Shown here in pieces: positions 28,916 through 37,476 of a stretch of DNA of 40,000 nt. Within the stretch, counting starts at the first letter, position 1, and each line of letters begins with the position of its first letter. The translations under genes and the position numbers were made by a program. The notes under the pieces are model-generated. The model was not told the origin of the DNA, searched no databases, and was given only the letters and a program-made list of their open reading frames with translations. This stretch comes from Alphaproteobacteria bacterium (GTDB lineage: Bacteria; Pseudomonadota; Alphaproteobacteria; Bin65), in NCBI GenBank assembly GCA_965221475.1, contig OZ244891.1, positions 2,590,191 to 2,630,190 on the forward strand, in the 5' to 3' direction.

Positions 28916-30363
28916 CGGAACTCGCCTTCGCGTCCGCGACGGAACTCGCCGCCGCGGTGCGCCGCCGGGAGATCGGCGCGGAAGAGCTGCTGGACCTCTA
29001 TCTCGCCCGGATCGACGCCCACAATCCGGCGCTCAACGCCGTGATCTGGCAGGACCGCGAGCGGGCGCGCGAGACCGCGCGCGCCGCCGACAGCCGGACC
29101 GTGCAGGGCGGCGACCTGCCGCCGCTCCACGGTGTGCCGATGACGATCAAGGAGAGCTACGACGTCGCCGGCGCGCCGACGACCTGGGGCGATCCGGCGT
29201 TCCGGGACAATATCGCCGCCGCGGACTGCGTTGCGGTCCAGCGGCTGAAAGCGGCCGGCGTCACCCTGTTCGGCAAGACCAACGTGCCGCTGATGCTCGC
29301 CGACTGGCAGAGCTTCAACGACATCTATGGCACCACCTGCAACCCCTGGGACAGCAGCCGCACGCCCGGCGGCTCCTCCGGCGGGTCGGCGGCGGCGCTG
29401 GCCGCCGGGCTCACCGGCCTTGAGGCCGGCAGCGATATCGGCTCCTCGATCCGCAATCCGGCGCATTATTGCGGCCTGTTCGGCCACAAGCCGAGCTATG
29501 GCATCTGCCCGCCGCGCGGCCAGGCCCTGCCCGGCGTCCTGACCAATTCGGACATTTCCGTGGTCGGTCCGCTGGCGCGCTCGGCCAGCGATCTGGAGAT
29601 CGCGCTCGACATCATGGCGGGGCCGGACGAGATGGACGCGGCCGGCTGGCGGCTCGACCTGCCGGCGCCGCGCACCGACGGTTTCGAGGGGCTTCGGGTG
29701 GCGGCGATGCTGGACAGCGCGCCTTCCGAGGTCGATACGGTCTATCGCGATCTGCTGCAGGACCTGGTGGACGGCATCGCCGCGGCCGGCGCGACGGTGA
29801 GCGAGACCGCCCGGCCGGAGATCGACATGAACGCGCTGCACGAGACCTATATCCTGCTGCTGCGCGCGGCCACCAGCGTCAACGTGCCGGAAGCCCGGCT
29901 GGCGGAGTATCGCCGCGTCGTCCAGCAGCTCGACCCGGCGGACGACAGCTATTACGCCCGCATGGTGCGCGGCCACACCATATCCCATCGCGAATGGCTG
30001 GGGCTGCACGAGAAGCGCGAGCATTTCCGCTGGGCCTGGCACCGCTTCTTCCGCGACTGGGACGTTCTGCTCTGCCCGGTCGCCGCCTCGACCGCCTTTC
30101 CGCACGACCCCGGCGGCGAACGGCACGAGCGCACGATTCCGGTCAACGGGCGCCCGGTGCCGACCACCGACCAGCTGTTCTGGGCCGGCCTGAACGGCGT
30201 GGTCTATCTGCCGGGCAGCGTGGCGCCGGCCGGCATCGCCCGCGACGGCCTGCCCGGCGGCATCCAGATCGTCGGCCCCTGGCTCGGCGACCGGACCTGC
30301 ATCCGGGTCGCCCGGCTCATCGAGCGGCGGTTCGGCGGCTTCCAGCCGCCGCCGGGATATTGA
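28912..30363 (+). CDS. amidase signature (AS) family amidase
   Basis: GVPMTIKESYDV (catalytic Lys region) and the GGSSGGSAAALAAG signature. ATG 28912 is in frame within track ORF 28159..30363 and has GGAGAAG upstream. Confidence 0.88.
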   Translation: MTELAFASATELAAAVRRREIGAEELLDLYLARIDAHNPALNAVIWQDRERARETARAADSRTVQGGDLPPLHGVPMTIKESYDVAGAPTTWGDPAFRDNIAAADCVAVQRLKAAGVTLFGKTNVPLMLADWQSFNDIYGTTCNPWDSSRTPGGSSGGSAAALAAGLTGLEAGSDIGSSIRNPAHYCGLFGHKPSYGICPPRGQALPGVLTNSDISVVGPLARSASDLEIALDIMAGPDEMDAAGWRLDLPAPRTDGFEGLRVAAMLDSAPSEVDTVYRDLLQDLVDGIAAAGATVSETARPEIDMNALHETYILLLRAATSVNVPEARLAEYRRVVQQLDPADDSYYARMVRGHTISHREWLGLHEKREHFRWAWHRFFRDWDVLLCPVAASTAFPHDPGGERHERTIPVNGRPVPTTDQLFWAGLNGVVYLPGSVAPAGIARDGLPGGIQIVGPWLGDRTCIRVARLIERRFGGFQPPPGY

Positions 30364-30373
30364 GCGGCGGCCG

Positions 30374-30778
30374 CTACTGGCTCAGGCTCGCCAGATAGTC
30401 GATGACGTCGGTGCGGAATTTCTCTTTCTTGAAGCGGTTGGCCATCTTGTTGCTGACCCGCTTCTTGCCGAGATATTTCTGCAGGAATTTCTTCGGGTGC
30501 TTGAGATAGTCCATCAGGGCTTCCCGGTTCCAGACCAGGCCCTTGGCCGCGGCCTCCTTCAGGCTCCTGGAATATTTGAACTTCGGGACTGCGCCGGCGC
30601 TGCGGCCATAGATTTTGTACAGCGAGGGGCCGAGCCCGTTCTTGTTCTCCACGAGGGAGTGGCAGGCCGCGCAGCGCTTGAAATTCTTTTTCCCCCTGGC
30701 GAGGTCGGCCGCGGCCGGCGCGGAGGCGGCGCCCAGCGCGATCGCCACGGCAAGGGCGAGTTTCCAAACGGTCTTCAT
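30374..30778 (-). CDS. class I c-type cytochrome (c2/c550-like), periplasmic
   Basis: Signal peptide MKTVWKLALAVAIALGAASAPAAA, haem motif CAACH, distal Met region (NKMANRF), and a Lys-rich C-terminal helix DVIDYLASL. ATG 30778 has GGAGAC 8 nt upstream. It lies 42 bp downstream of nosX on the same strand. Confidence 0.88.
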   Translation of the reverse strand: MKTVWKLALAVAIALGAASAPAAADLARGKKNFKRCAACHSLVENKNGLGPSLYKIYGRSAGAVPKFKYSRSLKEAAAKGLVWNREALMDYLKHPKKFLQKYLGKKRVSNKMANRFKKEKFRTDVIDYLASLSQ

Positions 30779-30820
30779 GGCGAACGTCTCCAAAAGAGGC
30801 GGTTTTCCAGGATGGAAATA

Positions 30821-31858
30821 TCAGCTTGCCGCGGTCAGCCGCAACAGGTGTCCGCCGGCATCGATGGCGCAGGCCGAGGTGCCGGGAAAGCGGGCGAGCG
30901 CCTGCCTGATGCCGGCCGGCGGCAGAAGGAACCCGGCCGTGGACAGGCCGTCCGCGACGGCAGCGGACGGCGCGACCACGCTGAGGCTGGCGTATCGCCG
31001 CACCGGCCGGCCGGTGCGCGGATCGAGAATATGGCCGAAGCGGCCGGCACCGTCGAAATGCGTGCCGCCCTCGCCCGAAGTCGCGACGGCGGCGTCGCTG
31101 AGGCTAAGCGTCGTGGCGATTTCGCCCGGCATGCCGGGCCTGGCGATGCCGACCCGCCACGGCCGGCCGGCCGGATGGCCGCCGACGGCGCCGATTTCGC
31201 CGAGATCGACCAGCGCATGGGCCAGCCCGCGCCGGCGCATGAGGCGGGCCACCCGGTCGCCGATATAGCCCTGGGCGATGCCGTTCAGGGTGAGCGCCAT
31301 GCCCGGCCGGCCGAAGGAAATGCGCCCGCCGCTGCGCCGCACATGGCGCCAGCCGACCCGTGCCAGCGCGCGGTCGATGGCCGGTTGCGGCGGCCCGGTA
31401 CGGTCTTCGGGCCGGCGGGCGAAATGGGCGGCGTAGAGCTGCCACAGGGGCTGGACGGTCGGGTCGAAGGCGCCGCCGCCGGCCCGGTGGATGCGCTGCA
31501 CCAGGGCGAGCAGGGCGCGCAATTCCGCCGGCGGCGCGTCCAGCGCGCCGGTCCGGTTGAGGCGCGACAGGGCCGAATCCGGCCGGTAGAGGCTGAAAAT
31601 CCCCTCCAGCCGCGCGATCTCGCGGCGGCATTCGGCGATCAGCCGCCCGGCCGCCGGCGCGGCAAGGCCGGCGATTGCCAGGCTGGCCCGTGCGCCCAGC
31701 ACGATCCCGGACCAGCGGTGCAGCGGCGCGCCGGCCGCCGCGGCCCGGCCGGCCGGCAGCGCGGCAGCAAGCGCCGTGCTGCCGGCGATGGCGATGAAGC
31801 GCCGGCGTCCCGGCCGCCCCGGCCCGGCTGCGCCGCCGCGCGGATCGGCATCGTTCAT
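30821..31858 (-). CDS. nosX: ApbE-family FAD:protein FMN transferase NosX
   Basis: Twin-arginine signal GRRRFIAIAGS and ApbE-like core (LNGIAQGYIGDRVA...). It holds the last position of the nos cluster, and its start overlaps the nosL stop (ATGA). Confidence 0.88.
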   Translation of the reverse strand: MNDADPRGGAAGPGRPGRRRFIAIAGSTALAAALPAGRAAAAGAPLHRWSGIVLGARASLAIAGLAAPAAGRLIAECRREIARLEGIFSLYRPDSALSRLNRTGALDAPPAELRALLALVQRIHRAGGGAFDPTVQPLWQLYAAHFARRPEDRTGPPQPAIDRALARVGWRHVRRSGGRISFGRPGMALTLNGIAQGYIGDRVARLMRRRGLAHALVDLGEIGAVGGHPAGRPWRVGIARPGMPGEIATTLSLSDAAVATSGEGGTHFDGAGRFGHILDPRTGRPVRRYASLSVVAPSAAVADGLSTAGFLLPPAGIRQALARFPGTSACAIDAGGHLLRLTAAS

Positions 31859-32403
31859 CGTTCGCCGTCCTTCCCGCCGCTCTTTTGCCCGCCCGTATCC
31901 GCTTCGGAGCCGCCGAGAATGTAGTCGCGCGGGATGGCGGAGAAGGCCACTGTCCGGCCGCCATGCCGCCGGGCGAAGGCACGGGCTGCACCCTCGCCGG
32001 CGAACGGGACGGCCTCCGGCGCGCCCATGCCGCCGCGCCTCGTGCTGCCGATGACGTAGAAGGCGCTGCGGGCCGGAATCCAGGTGTCCGGCCCCGGCCG
32101 GTCCCAGGGCGTCGCCGTCATGTCGTTGACGAAGATGGCGGCGATCCGCTTCGGCTCCTCCGGCAGCATGGTGAACGCGATGGTATCGCGCACGCTGCTG
32201 AAGAAAACCGGCGGCTGCCCTGCAAGGTGAATCTGGCCCTTGGGGCCGGGGTGATCGAGCACGATCATCCGGCAGTAATGGCCGCGGTGCTCGCGGTTGA
32301 GGGCGACCGGCGCGACGCTCGCGGCCGGCGTGCCGTCGTCGCAGCCGGCCAGGGCGAGCGCCAGCAGCGCCGCGGCCGCGCCGTGCCGGAACCGGCCGCT
32401 CAT
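31855..32403 (-). CDS. nosL: copper chaperone lipoprotein NosL
   Basis: Lipobox LALAGC, followed by HRGHYCRMIVLDHPGPKGQI and VNDM motifs. It corresponds to the last 183 codons of track ORF 31855..33264. ATG 32403 overlaps the nosY stop. Confidence 0.88.
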   Translation of the reverse strand: MSGRFRHGAAAALLALALAGCDDGTPAASVAPVALNREHRGHYCRMIVLDHPGPKGQIHLAGQPPVFFSSVRDTIAFTMLPEEPKRIAAIFVNDMTATPWDRPGPDTWIPARSAFYVIGSTRRGGMGAPEAVPFAGEGAARAFARRHGGRTVAFSAIPRDYILGGSEADTGGQKSGGKDGER

Positions 32404-33227
32404 CGCAGATCGCTCCGCCGGAAGACGAGGGCGGCGAGCGCCAGCGGCACGCCGGTCCACAGGATCAGGACGCCGATGAGCAGCGCCGGGTCCAGGCGGA
32501 CCGCCCCGCCCACGCTCGCCATGCCGGCGAAGGTGCGGACATCGTCCAGCAGGGTCAGATTGAACAGGCGGTAGACATCGGTCGGGTTGAGCATCAGGAC
32601 GAAGGGCAGCGTGCCGGGGCCGAGCGCTCGGGACGTATCGGCCGCCAGTGCGCCGAGCAGCGCCATGTCGAACAGCAGGGCGAACAGAAGCCAGACGGCG
32701 AGTGCGAGGCCGGCCGCCATGGCCCGCTCCTTCGCCACGGCGCTGACGAGAAGGCCGATGGCAGCGAAGGCCGTGCCGAGCAGGACCGTCGATCCGATCA
32801 GGGCGAGGAAGCCGCCGGCGCCGGCGGTGCTGCCCTGCACCGCCGCTACCGCAAGCCCGGCGCTGCCATAGCCGACGATAACGGCAAACGCGACGATGGC
32901 GGCATGGCCGAGGAATTTTCCGGCCACCGCGGCGCCGCGCGAGACCGGGCACGACATCAGCAGGAGCAGCGTGCCCCGTTCGGCTTCGCCGGCGATGCTG
33001 TCGAAGGTGAGCAGCAGCGCGATCAGCGGCACCAGGAAAACCGACAGGCTTGACAGGCTGACGACGGTGACGGCGAGCGCCGATGCCCTGACATTGCCGG
33101 CCGGCGTGCTGCCGAGAAAGGCCAGCGTTACCGCCAGCAGGGTGAGGATCAGCGTCGCGCCGAGGACCCAGCGGTTGCGCATCCCTTCGCGGATTTCCCG
33201 GCCGGCGAGGGCGAATACGGCCGTCAT
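32400..33227 (-). CDS. nosY: ABC-2 type permease NosY
   Basis: 275 aa with six hydrophobic segments, located between nosF and nosL. Confidence 0.88.
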   Translation of the reverse strand: MTAVFALAGREIREGMRNRWVLGATLILTLLAVTLAFLGSTPAGNVRASALAVTVVSLSSLSVFLVPLIALLLTFDSIAGEAERGTLLLLMSCPVSRGAAVAGKFLGHAAIVAFAVIVGYGSAGLAVAAVQGSTAGAGGFLALIGSTVLLGTAFAAIGLLVSAVAKERAMAAGLALAVWLLFALLFDMALLGALAADTSRALGPGTLPFVLMLNPTDVYRLFNLTLLDDVRTFAGMASVGGAVRLDPALLIGVLILWTGVPLALAALVFRRSDLR

Positions 33228-34186
33228 GCCGGTCCCGCTGCCGAACCGGGCGGGGCGGGGGCATCCCCGGCCGCCATGTGCCGGTGGTAGATCTCTTCCA
33301 GGCGCGGCGGGCGGATATCCACCGTACCGCCGAGCTCGACCTCGCCGAGCCGGCGCAGCACTTCGGCCTGCCGGTCGAGGCGGCAGCGCAGCTCGATCCG
33401 CTGGCCGTTGCAGCGCTCGACCGGGGCGATGTCGGCGAGGCGGCGGCTCAGGCCGGCAGCCGCGGCGGGCGGCGCCTGAATGCGGATGCGCACCGGCAGG
33501 CCGCTCTGCGCCTGCAGGGCGGCGACCGTTCCGCAGGCGACCAGCCGGCCGGCGCGCAGCAGGGCGATCCGGTCGGCATGTTCCTCGATCTCCGGCAGGG
33601 TGTGGGAGGACAGGATAATCGTGGCGCCGGCCCGCCGGCGCTCGGCCAGCAGATCGTAGAAGCGGCGGCGCGATTCAGGGTCGAGGCCGGTCGTCGGCTC
33701 GTCCAGGATCAGCAGGTCGGGCGCGCCGAGCAGCATCTGGGCCAGCCCCAGGCGCTGGCGCATGCCGCGGGACCAGGTCTTCACCCGCCGGGCGGCGGCC
33801 GCATCGAGCCCGACTGCCTCCAGCAGACCATCGCACTGCGCCGCCGGCGCGCCCTTGAGCCGGGCGAAGAAGCGCAGCATCTCGCGGCCGGTCAGATTGC
33901 CGGCGAAGCTGACATTTTCCGGCAGGAAGCCGATCCGTCGGCGCAGCCCGGCCGCCGCGCGGCTGCACGGGTCCGCGCCGAACACGCGCACCGCGCCGGC
34001 GCTCGGCGGCAGCAGGCCGAGCATGAGCCGGAACAGGGTGGACTTGCCCGCGCCATTGTGCCCGGCCAGCGCCAGAAACTCGCCCGGCGCGATCTCGAGG
34101 TCGATCCGGTCGAGCGCAGCGACAGTGCCGAAGCGCCGGCTGGCACCGGCGAGCCGCACGACCGGCGGGGCAGGGGGCGCCGCCAT
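33224..34186 (-). CDS. nosF: ABC ATPase NosF
   Basis: Walker A GHNGAGKST, signature WSRGMRQRLG and Walker B LILDEPTTGLD. Confidence 0.9.
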   Translation of the reverse strand: MAAPPAPPVVRLAGASRRFGTVAALDRIDLEIAPGEFLALAGHNGAGKSTLFRLMLGLLPPSAGAVRVFGADPCSRAAAGLRRRIGFLPENVSFAGNLTGREMLRFFARLKGAPAAQCDGLLEAVGLDAAAARRVKTWSRGMRQRLGLAQMLLGAPDLLILDEPTTGLDPESRRRFYDLLAERRRAGATIILSSHTLPEIEEHADRIALLRAGRLVACGTVAALQAQSGLPVRIRIQAPPAAAAGLSRRLADIAPVERCNGQRIELRCRLDRQAEVLRRLGEVELGGTVDIRPPRLEEIYHRHMAAGDAPAPPGSAAGPA

Positions 34187-34190
34187 CGCC

Positions 34191-35480
34191 TCACTCGCGC
34201 CAGAATGTGGGCCGGGCCGGCTGCACCGCCCGCATGAGCGGTGCGCTGTCGACCACGCCGCCGGGGTAGATCGCCGGAAAATGCGATTGCGCCCAGCGCA
34301 GCATCCGGGTTGCCGGGCTGTTCAGCAGGATTTTCGCCGACGGATGGGTCCAGACGATGCGGTCGACGATGCCGTTCGGCCGATAGGGGGCGTCGGCGAT
34401 GCCGTCGCCGTTCAGGTCGAAGGCGGCATGGTCGCTCCAGTAATTGCCCCGGCCGTCGCGCGACCAGTCGAGGGAGCGGGTGCCGACATATTTGACCTGC
34501 CGCCGGTTGCCGAGAAAGGCGTTGCCCGACAGGGCGTTGCGTTCCGACCCGGCGGTGAAATGGATGCCGATCCGGCAGCCGCCGAAGCGGTTGTCGCGAA
34601 AGCGGTTCCGGTTCGCGTTGTAGATGAAGACGCACTTCTTCGGCCCGGCGAGCACGGTGTTGCGCGCAATCGACGACCGGTTGGCGAAATTGAGCAGCAG
34701 GCCGTGTTCGCGGTCGCCGCGCGACAGGTTTCCGGTCACCTCGATGCGCCGCGAATACATGATCGCGAAGCCGATATCGTTGCCGATGGAGATGTTGCGG
34801 CGGACGGCGCTGCGGTTCGTATACATGTAGTGGACGGCAAAGCGCAGGTCGCGCATCCGGTTGCCGATGAAGCGGTTGTGCCGGCTGGTCTCGACGAAAA
34901 TGCCGTCGCGGCCGTAGAGAATATCGTTCTCCACGATGCGCGAACCCGGCGTGTTCCACAGCTGGATGCCGTTGCCGCGCTCGTTCTCGCGCAGGTCGCG
35001 CCGGCCGATGACGACATTGCGCCGGACGCGCGCCTCCTTCGGCCCCAGAAGGTAGATGCCGAACAGGTTGCCGGTGAGCCGGTTGTGCGCGACGACGGCG
35101 CCGCCTGCGCCCTTCTCCAGCTTGATCCCGGCATCCATGGCCTCGAGGCTGGCGCCGGAATTGCGCACGATGAGGCCCTCGATGCGGATGCCGGGGGCGG
35201 TCGCGACGATGACGGAGCCCCGGCCGCCGCCATCGACGATGGCGCCGGCCTCGCCGCGCAGGACCACCGGCCGGCGGAGGTGCACCGGCCCCCGGTGAAC
35301 CCCGGCCCCGAGCACAACGACATCGCCGGCCGCCGCCCGGTCGAGCGTCCGGGCGAGCCGGTCTCCGCCGGGGGCGACCGTGTGGGTCGCCGCCATGGCG
35401 GGCGCGGCCGCGGCAAGGGCGGCGGCGCAGAGCGCGCCGCCCCGCCGCGCACCGTTCGGCCGGGCGATGCCGGAGGGCAC
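34191..35480 (-). CDS. nosD: periplasmic beta-helix protein NosD
   Basis: Signal peptide followed by repeated parallel-beta-helix (carbohydrate-binding/sugar-hydrolysis-like) segments. It holds the position between nosZ and nosF. The GTG start at 35480 is uncertain. Confidence 0.88.
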   Translation of the reverse strand: MPSGIARPNGARRGGALCAAALAAAAPAMAATHTVAPGGDRLARTLDRAAAGDVVVLGAGVHRGPVHLRRPVVLRGEAGAIVDGGGRGSVIVATAPGIRIEGLIVRNSGASLEAMDAGIKLEKGAGGAVVAHNRLTGNLFGIYLLGPKEARVRRNVVIGRRDLRENERGNGIQLWNTPGSRIVENDILYGRDGIFVETSRHNRFIGNRMRDLRFAVHYMYTNRSAVRRNISIGNDIGFAIMYSRRIEVTGNLSRGDREHGLLLNFANRSSIARNTVLAGPKKCVFIYNANRNRFRDNRFGGCRIGIHFTAGSERNALSGNAFLGNRRQVKYVGTRSLDWSRDGRGNYWSDHAAFDLNGDGIADAPYRPNGIVDRIVWTHPSAKILLNSPATRMLRWAQSHFPAIYPGGVVDSAPLMRAVQPARPTFWRE

Positions 35481-35490
35481 GGCGCCGGGC

Positions 35491-37440
35491 CTAGCCCGAC
35501 CGCGGCGCGACCAGCAGCCGGCCGCGCATCTCCATGTGCAGGGCGTGGCAGAACCACTGGCAATAGTACCAGTGGACCCCCGGCCGGTCGGCCGTGAAGG
35601 TGACCGAGGCGGTGGCCTGCGGCCCGACCTCCATGGCGACGCCGTAATTGGCCACCGTGATGCCGTGGGTCAGATCGTCGACATCGTCCAGATTGGTGAC
35701 GATGAGGGTGACCTCGTCGCCCTGTTTCACCTCGATCTGCTCCAGGCCGAACTCCGGCGCCTGGGACGTCATGTAGACACGGACCTTGCCCGGCCCCTTG
35801 CGGATCACCTTGTTGTCGTCCTCCAGGTCGATGCCGTCCTCCTTCGCCCAGGCGCGCGCCTCGGCAAAGATCGGGTCGTCGCGGTCCCAGACCTGTTTCG
35901 GATCGACCTTCGACCGGTGCACGATGATGCAGTCGTGCGGCTCGGCGAAGGTCGGGCCGTCATGGACCAGCTTCATCCGGTCGCCGGAAATGTCGATGAG
36001 CTGCTCGTTCTCCGGCTTGAGCGGGCCGACATTGAGATAGCGGTCCTTGGAGAACTTGTTCAGCGATACCAGCCATTTGCCGTCGGCCTCTTTGGTCTCG
36101 CCCATCGACGAATGGTTGTGGCCGGGCTGGTAGTGCACATCGATCTTTTCGAGCACGGGATCGACCTTCTCGCCCCGGAAGGCGCGGAGCGCCCGGTCGA
36201 GGTTCCATTTGGCGACCTGGCTGTCGAGGAACAGGGTCGTGAAGGCGTTGCCCTTGCCGTCGAAGGCGGTGTGCAGCGGCCCGAGGCCGAGCTTGGGCTC
36301 CGCGACCACGGGGCCGCGCGGCCCGATCCGGTCGTTGAACAGGTCGGGCAGTCTGGTGACGTCGAGCACCGTCACGGTCGGCGAGAGCTTGCCGGCGACG
36401 ACGACATGCCGGCCGTCCGGCGCCGTGTTGATGCCGTGCGGGCTCTTCGAGATCGGGATGTAGCGGGTGTAGGGCGAACCCTTGCGCCCGTCGAGGACCG
36501 GCACGCCGCCCATCGTCCGCGCCCTGCCGGCCTTCACCGCTGCCTCGATCCGCGCGATGTCGAACACGACGACCCAGTCCTGCTCGTTCCGGGTCATATC
36601 CGCCAGGGTGATGCCCTCTTCGGAATTGTAGCAGGTGGAAAAGGCGTATTTGCCCTGATAGTCGGCGTCGACATTGTCGAGATTGCCGCTGACGACAACC
36701 TGCCAGGCCACCGTCATGCTGTCGCCGTCGATGGCCGAGAAGACAGCGCTGTACTTCTCCGGCTCGTCCAGGATCGTGCCGTCGTTGGGCAGCGGAATCC
36801 GGTGCTCGCCATTGGCGAAGACATAGCCGGTGCGCGGATATTTCTGCGGCCGCAGGCCGTGAATGTCGGCGGCGTTCGGAATCTCGACGATTTTATCGAC
36901 CCGCATCACGTCGCAGCGGATGCGGGCGACGCGGGTGTTGGCCTTGTCGTTGATGAAGACATAGCGGCCGTCATAGGTGCCGTCGGTGAACGACATGTGC
37001 GGGTGGTGGGCATCGCCGTTCGGCATGATGCCGCCCTTGTCCTTCAGATATTCCACGGTTTCGGGCAGCATCCCGTCGGTCAGGATTTTGCGCGATTCGT
37101 TGGTCTGGCCCCAGCCGGTGGCGCTGCAGCGGTTGAACACCGGAATGCGCAGCAGTTCGCGCATCGATGGCACGCCGAGGATGCGCACCTCGCCGGTCTG
37201 GCCGCTGCTCCAGAAGCCGTAATATTCGTCGAGCTGTCCCGGCGCGACCGCGCCTTCGGCGGCGCGGGCCGGCCCGGCACCGGTGAGCGTGAGGGCGCCG
37301 GTCGCCAGCGCGCCGGCGCCGGCGGCTGCGGCCAGCGACCCGCCGAGCAGGCCGCGGCGGCTGATGCCGCCGGAGGCCGGGGCGTCCTGCGGCGCCGGCC
37401 GGGCGGTCTTGCGTTCCTGGGATCGATCGGTCATGGCCAT
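35491..37440 (-). CDS. nosZ: nitrous-oxide reductase NosZ (clade I, Tat-exported)
   Basis: Tat signal [18 protein letters not shown], a seven-bladed propeller body, and the C-terminal CuA motif HGITV...[18 protein letters not shown] abuts ATG 37440, so the in-frame ATG 37434 may be the true start. Confidence 0.96.
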   Translation of the reverse strand: MAMTDRSQERKTARPAPQDAPASGGISRRGLLGGSLAAAAGAGALATGALTLTGAGPARAAEGAVAPGQLDEYYGFWSSGQTGEVRILGVPSMRELLRIPVFNRCSATGWGQTNESRKILTDGMLPETVEYLKDKGGIMPNGDAHHPHMSFTDGTYDGRYVFINDKANTRVARIRCDVMRVDKIVEIPNAADIHGLRPQKYPRTGYVFANGEHRIPLPNDGTILDEPEKYSAVFSAIDGDSMTVAWQVVVSGNLDNVDADYQGKYAFSTCYNSEEGITLADMTRNEQDWVVVFDIARIEAAVKAGRARTMGGVPVLDGRKGSPYTRYIPISKSPHGINTAPDGRHVVVAGKLSPTVTVLDVTRLPDLFNDRIGPRGPVVAEPKLGLGPLHTAFDGKGNAFTTLFLDSQVAKWNLDRALRAFRGEKVDPVLEKIDVHYQPGHNHSSMGETKEADGKWLVSLNKFSKDRYLNVGPLKPENEQLIDISGDRMKLVHDGPTFAEPHDCIIVHRSKVDPKQVWDRDDPIFAEARAWAKEDGIDLEDDNKVIRKGPGKVRVYMTSQAPEFGLEQIEVKQGDEVTLIVTNLDDVDDLTHGITVANYGVAMEVGPQATASVTFTADRPGVHWYYCQWFCHALHMEMRGRLLVAPRSG

Positions 37441-37476
37441 TCTCCGTTCGCTGGTGGGTCGGGGGATGCGTTGCGG

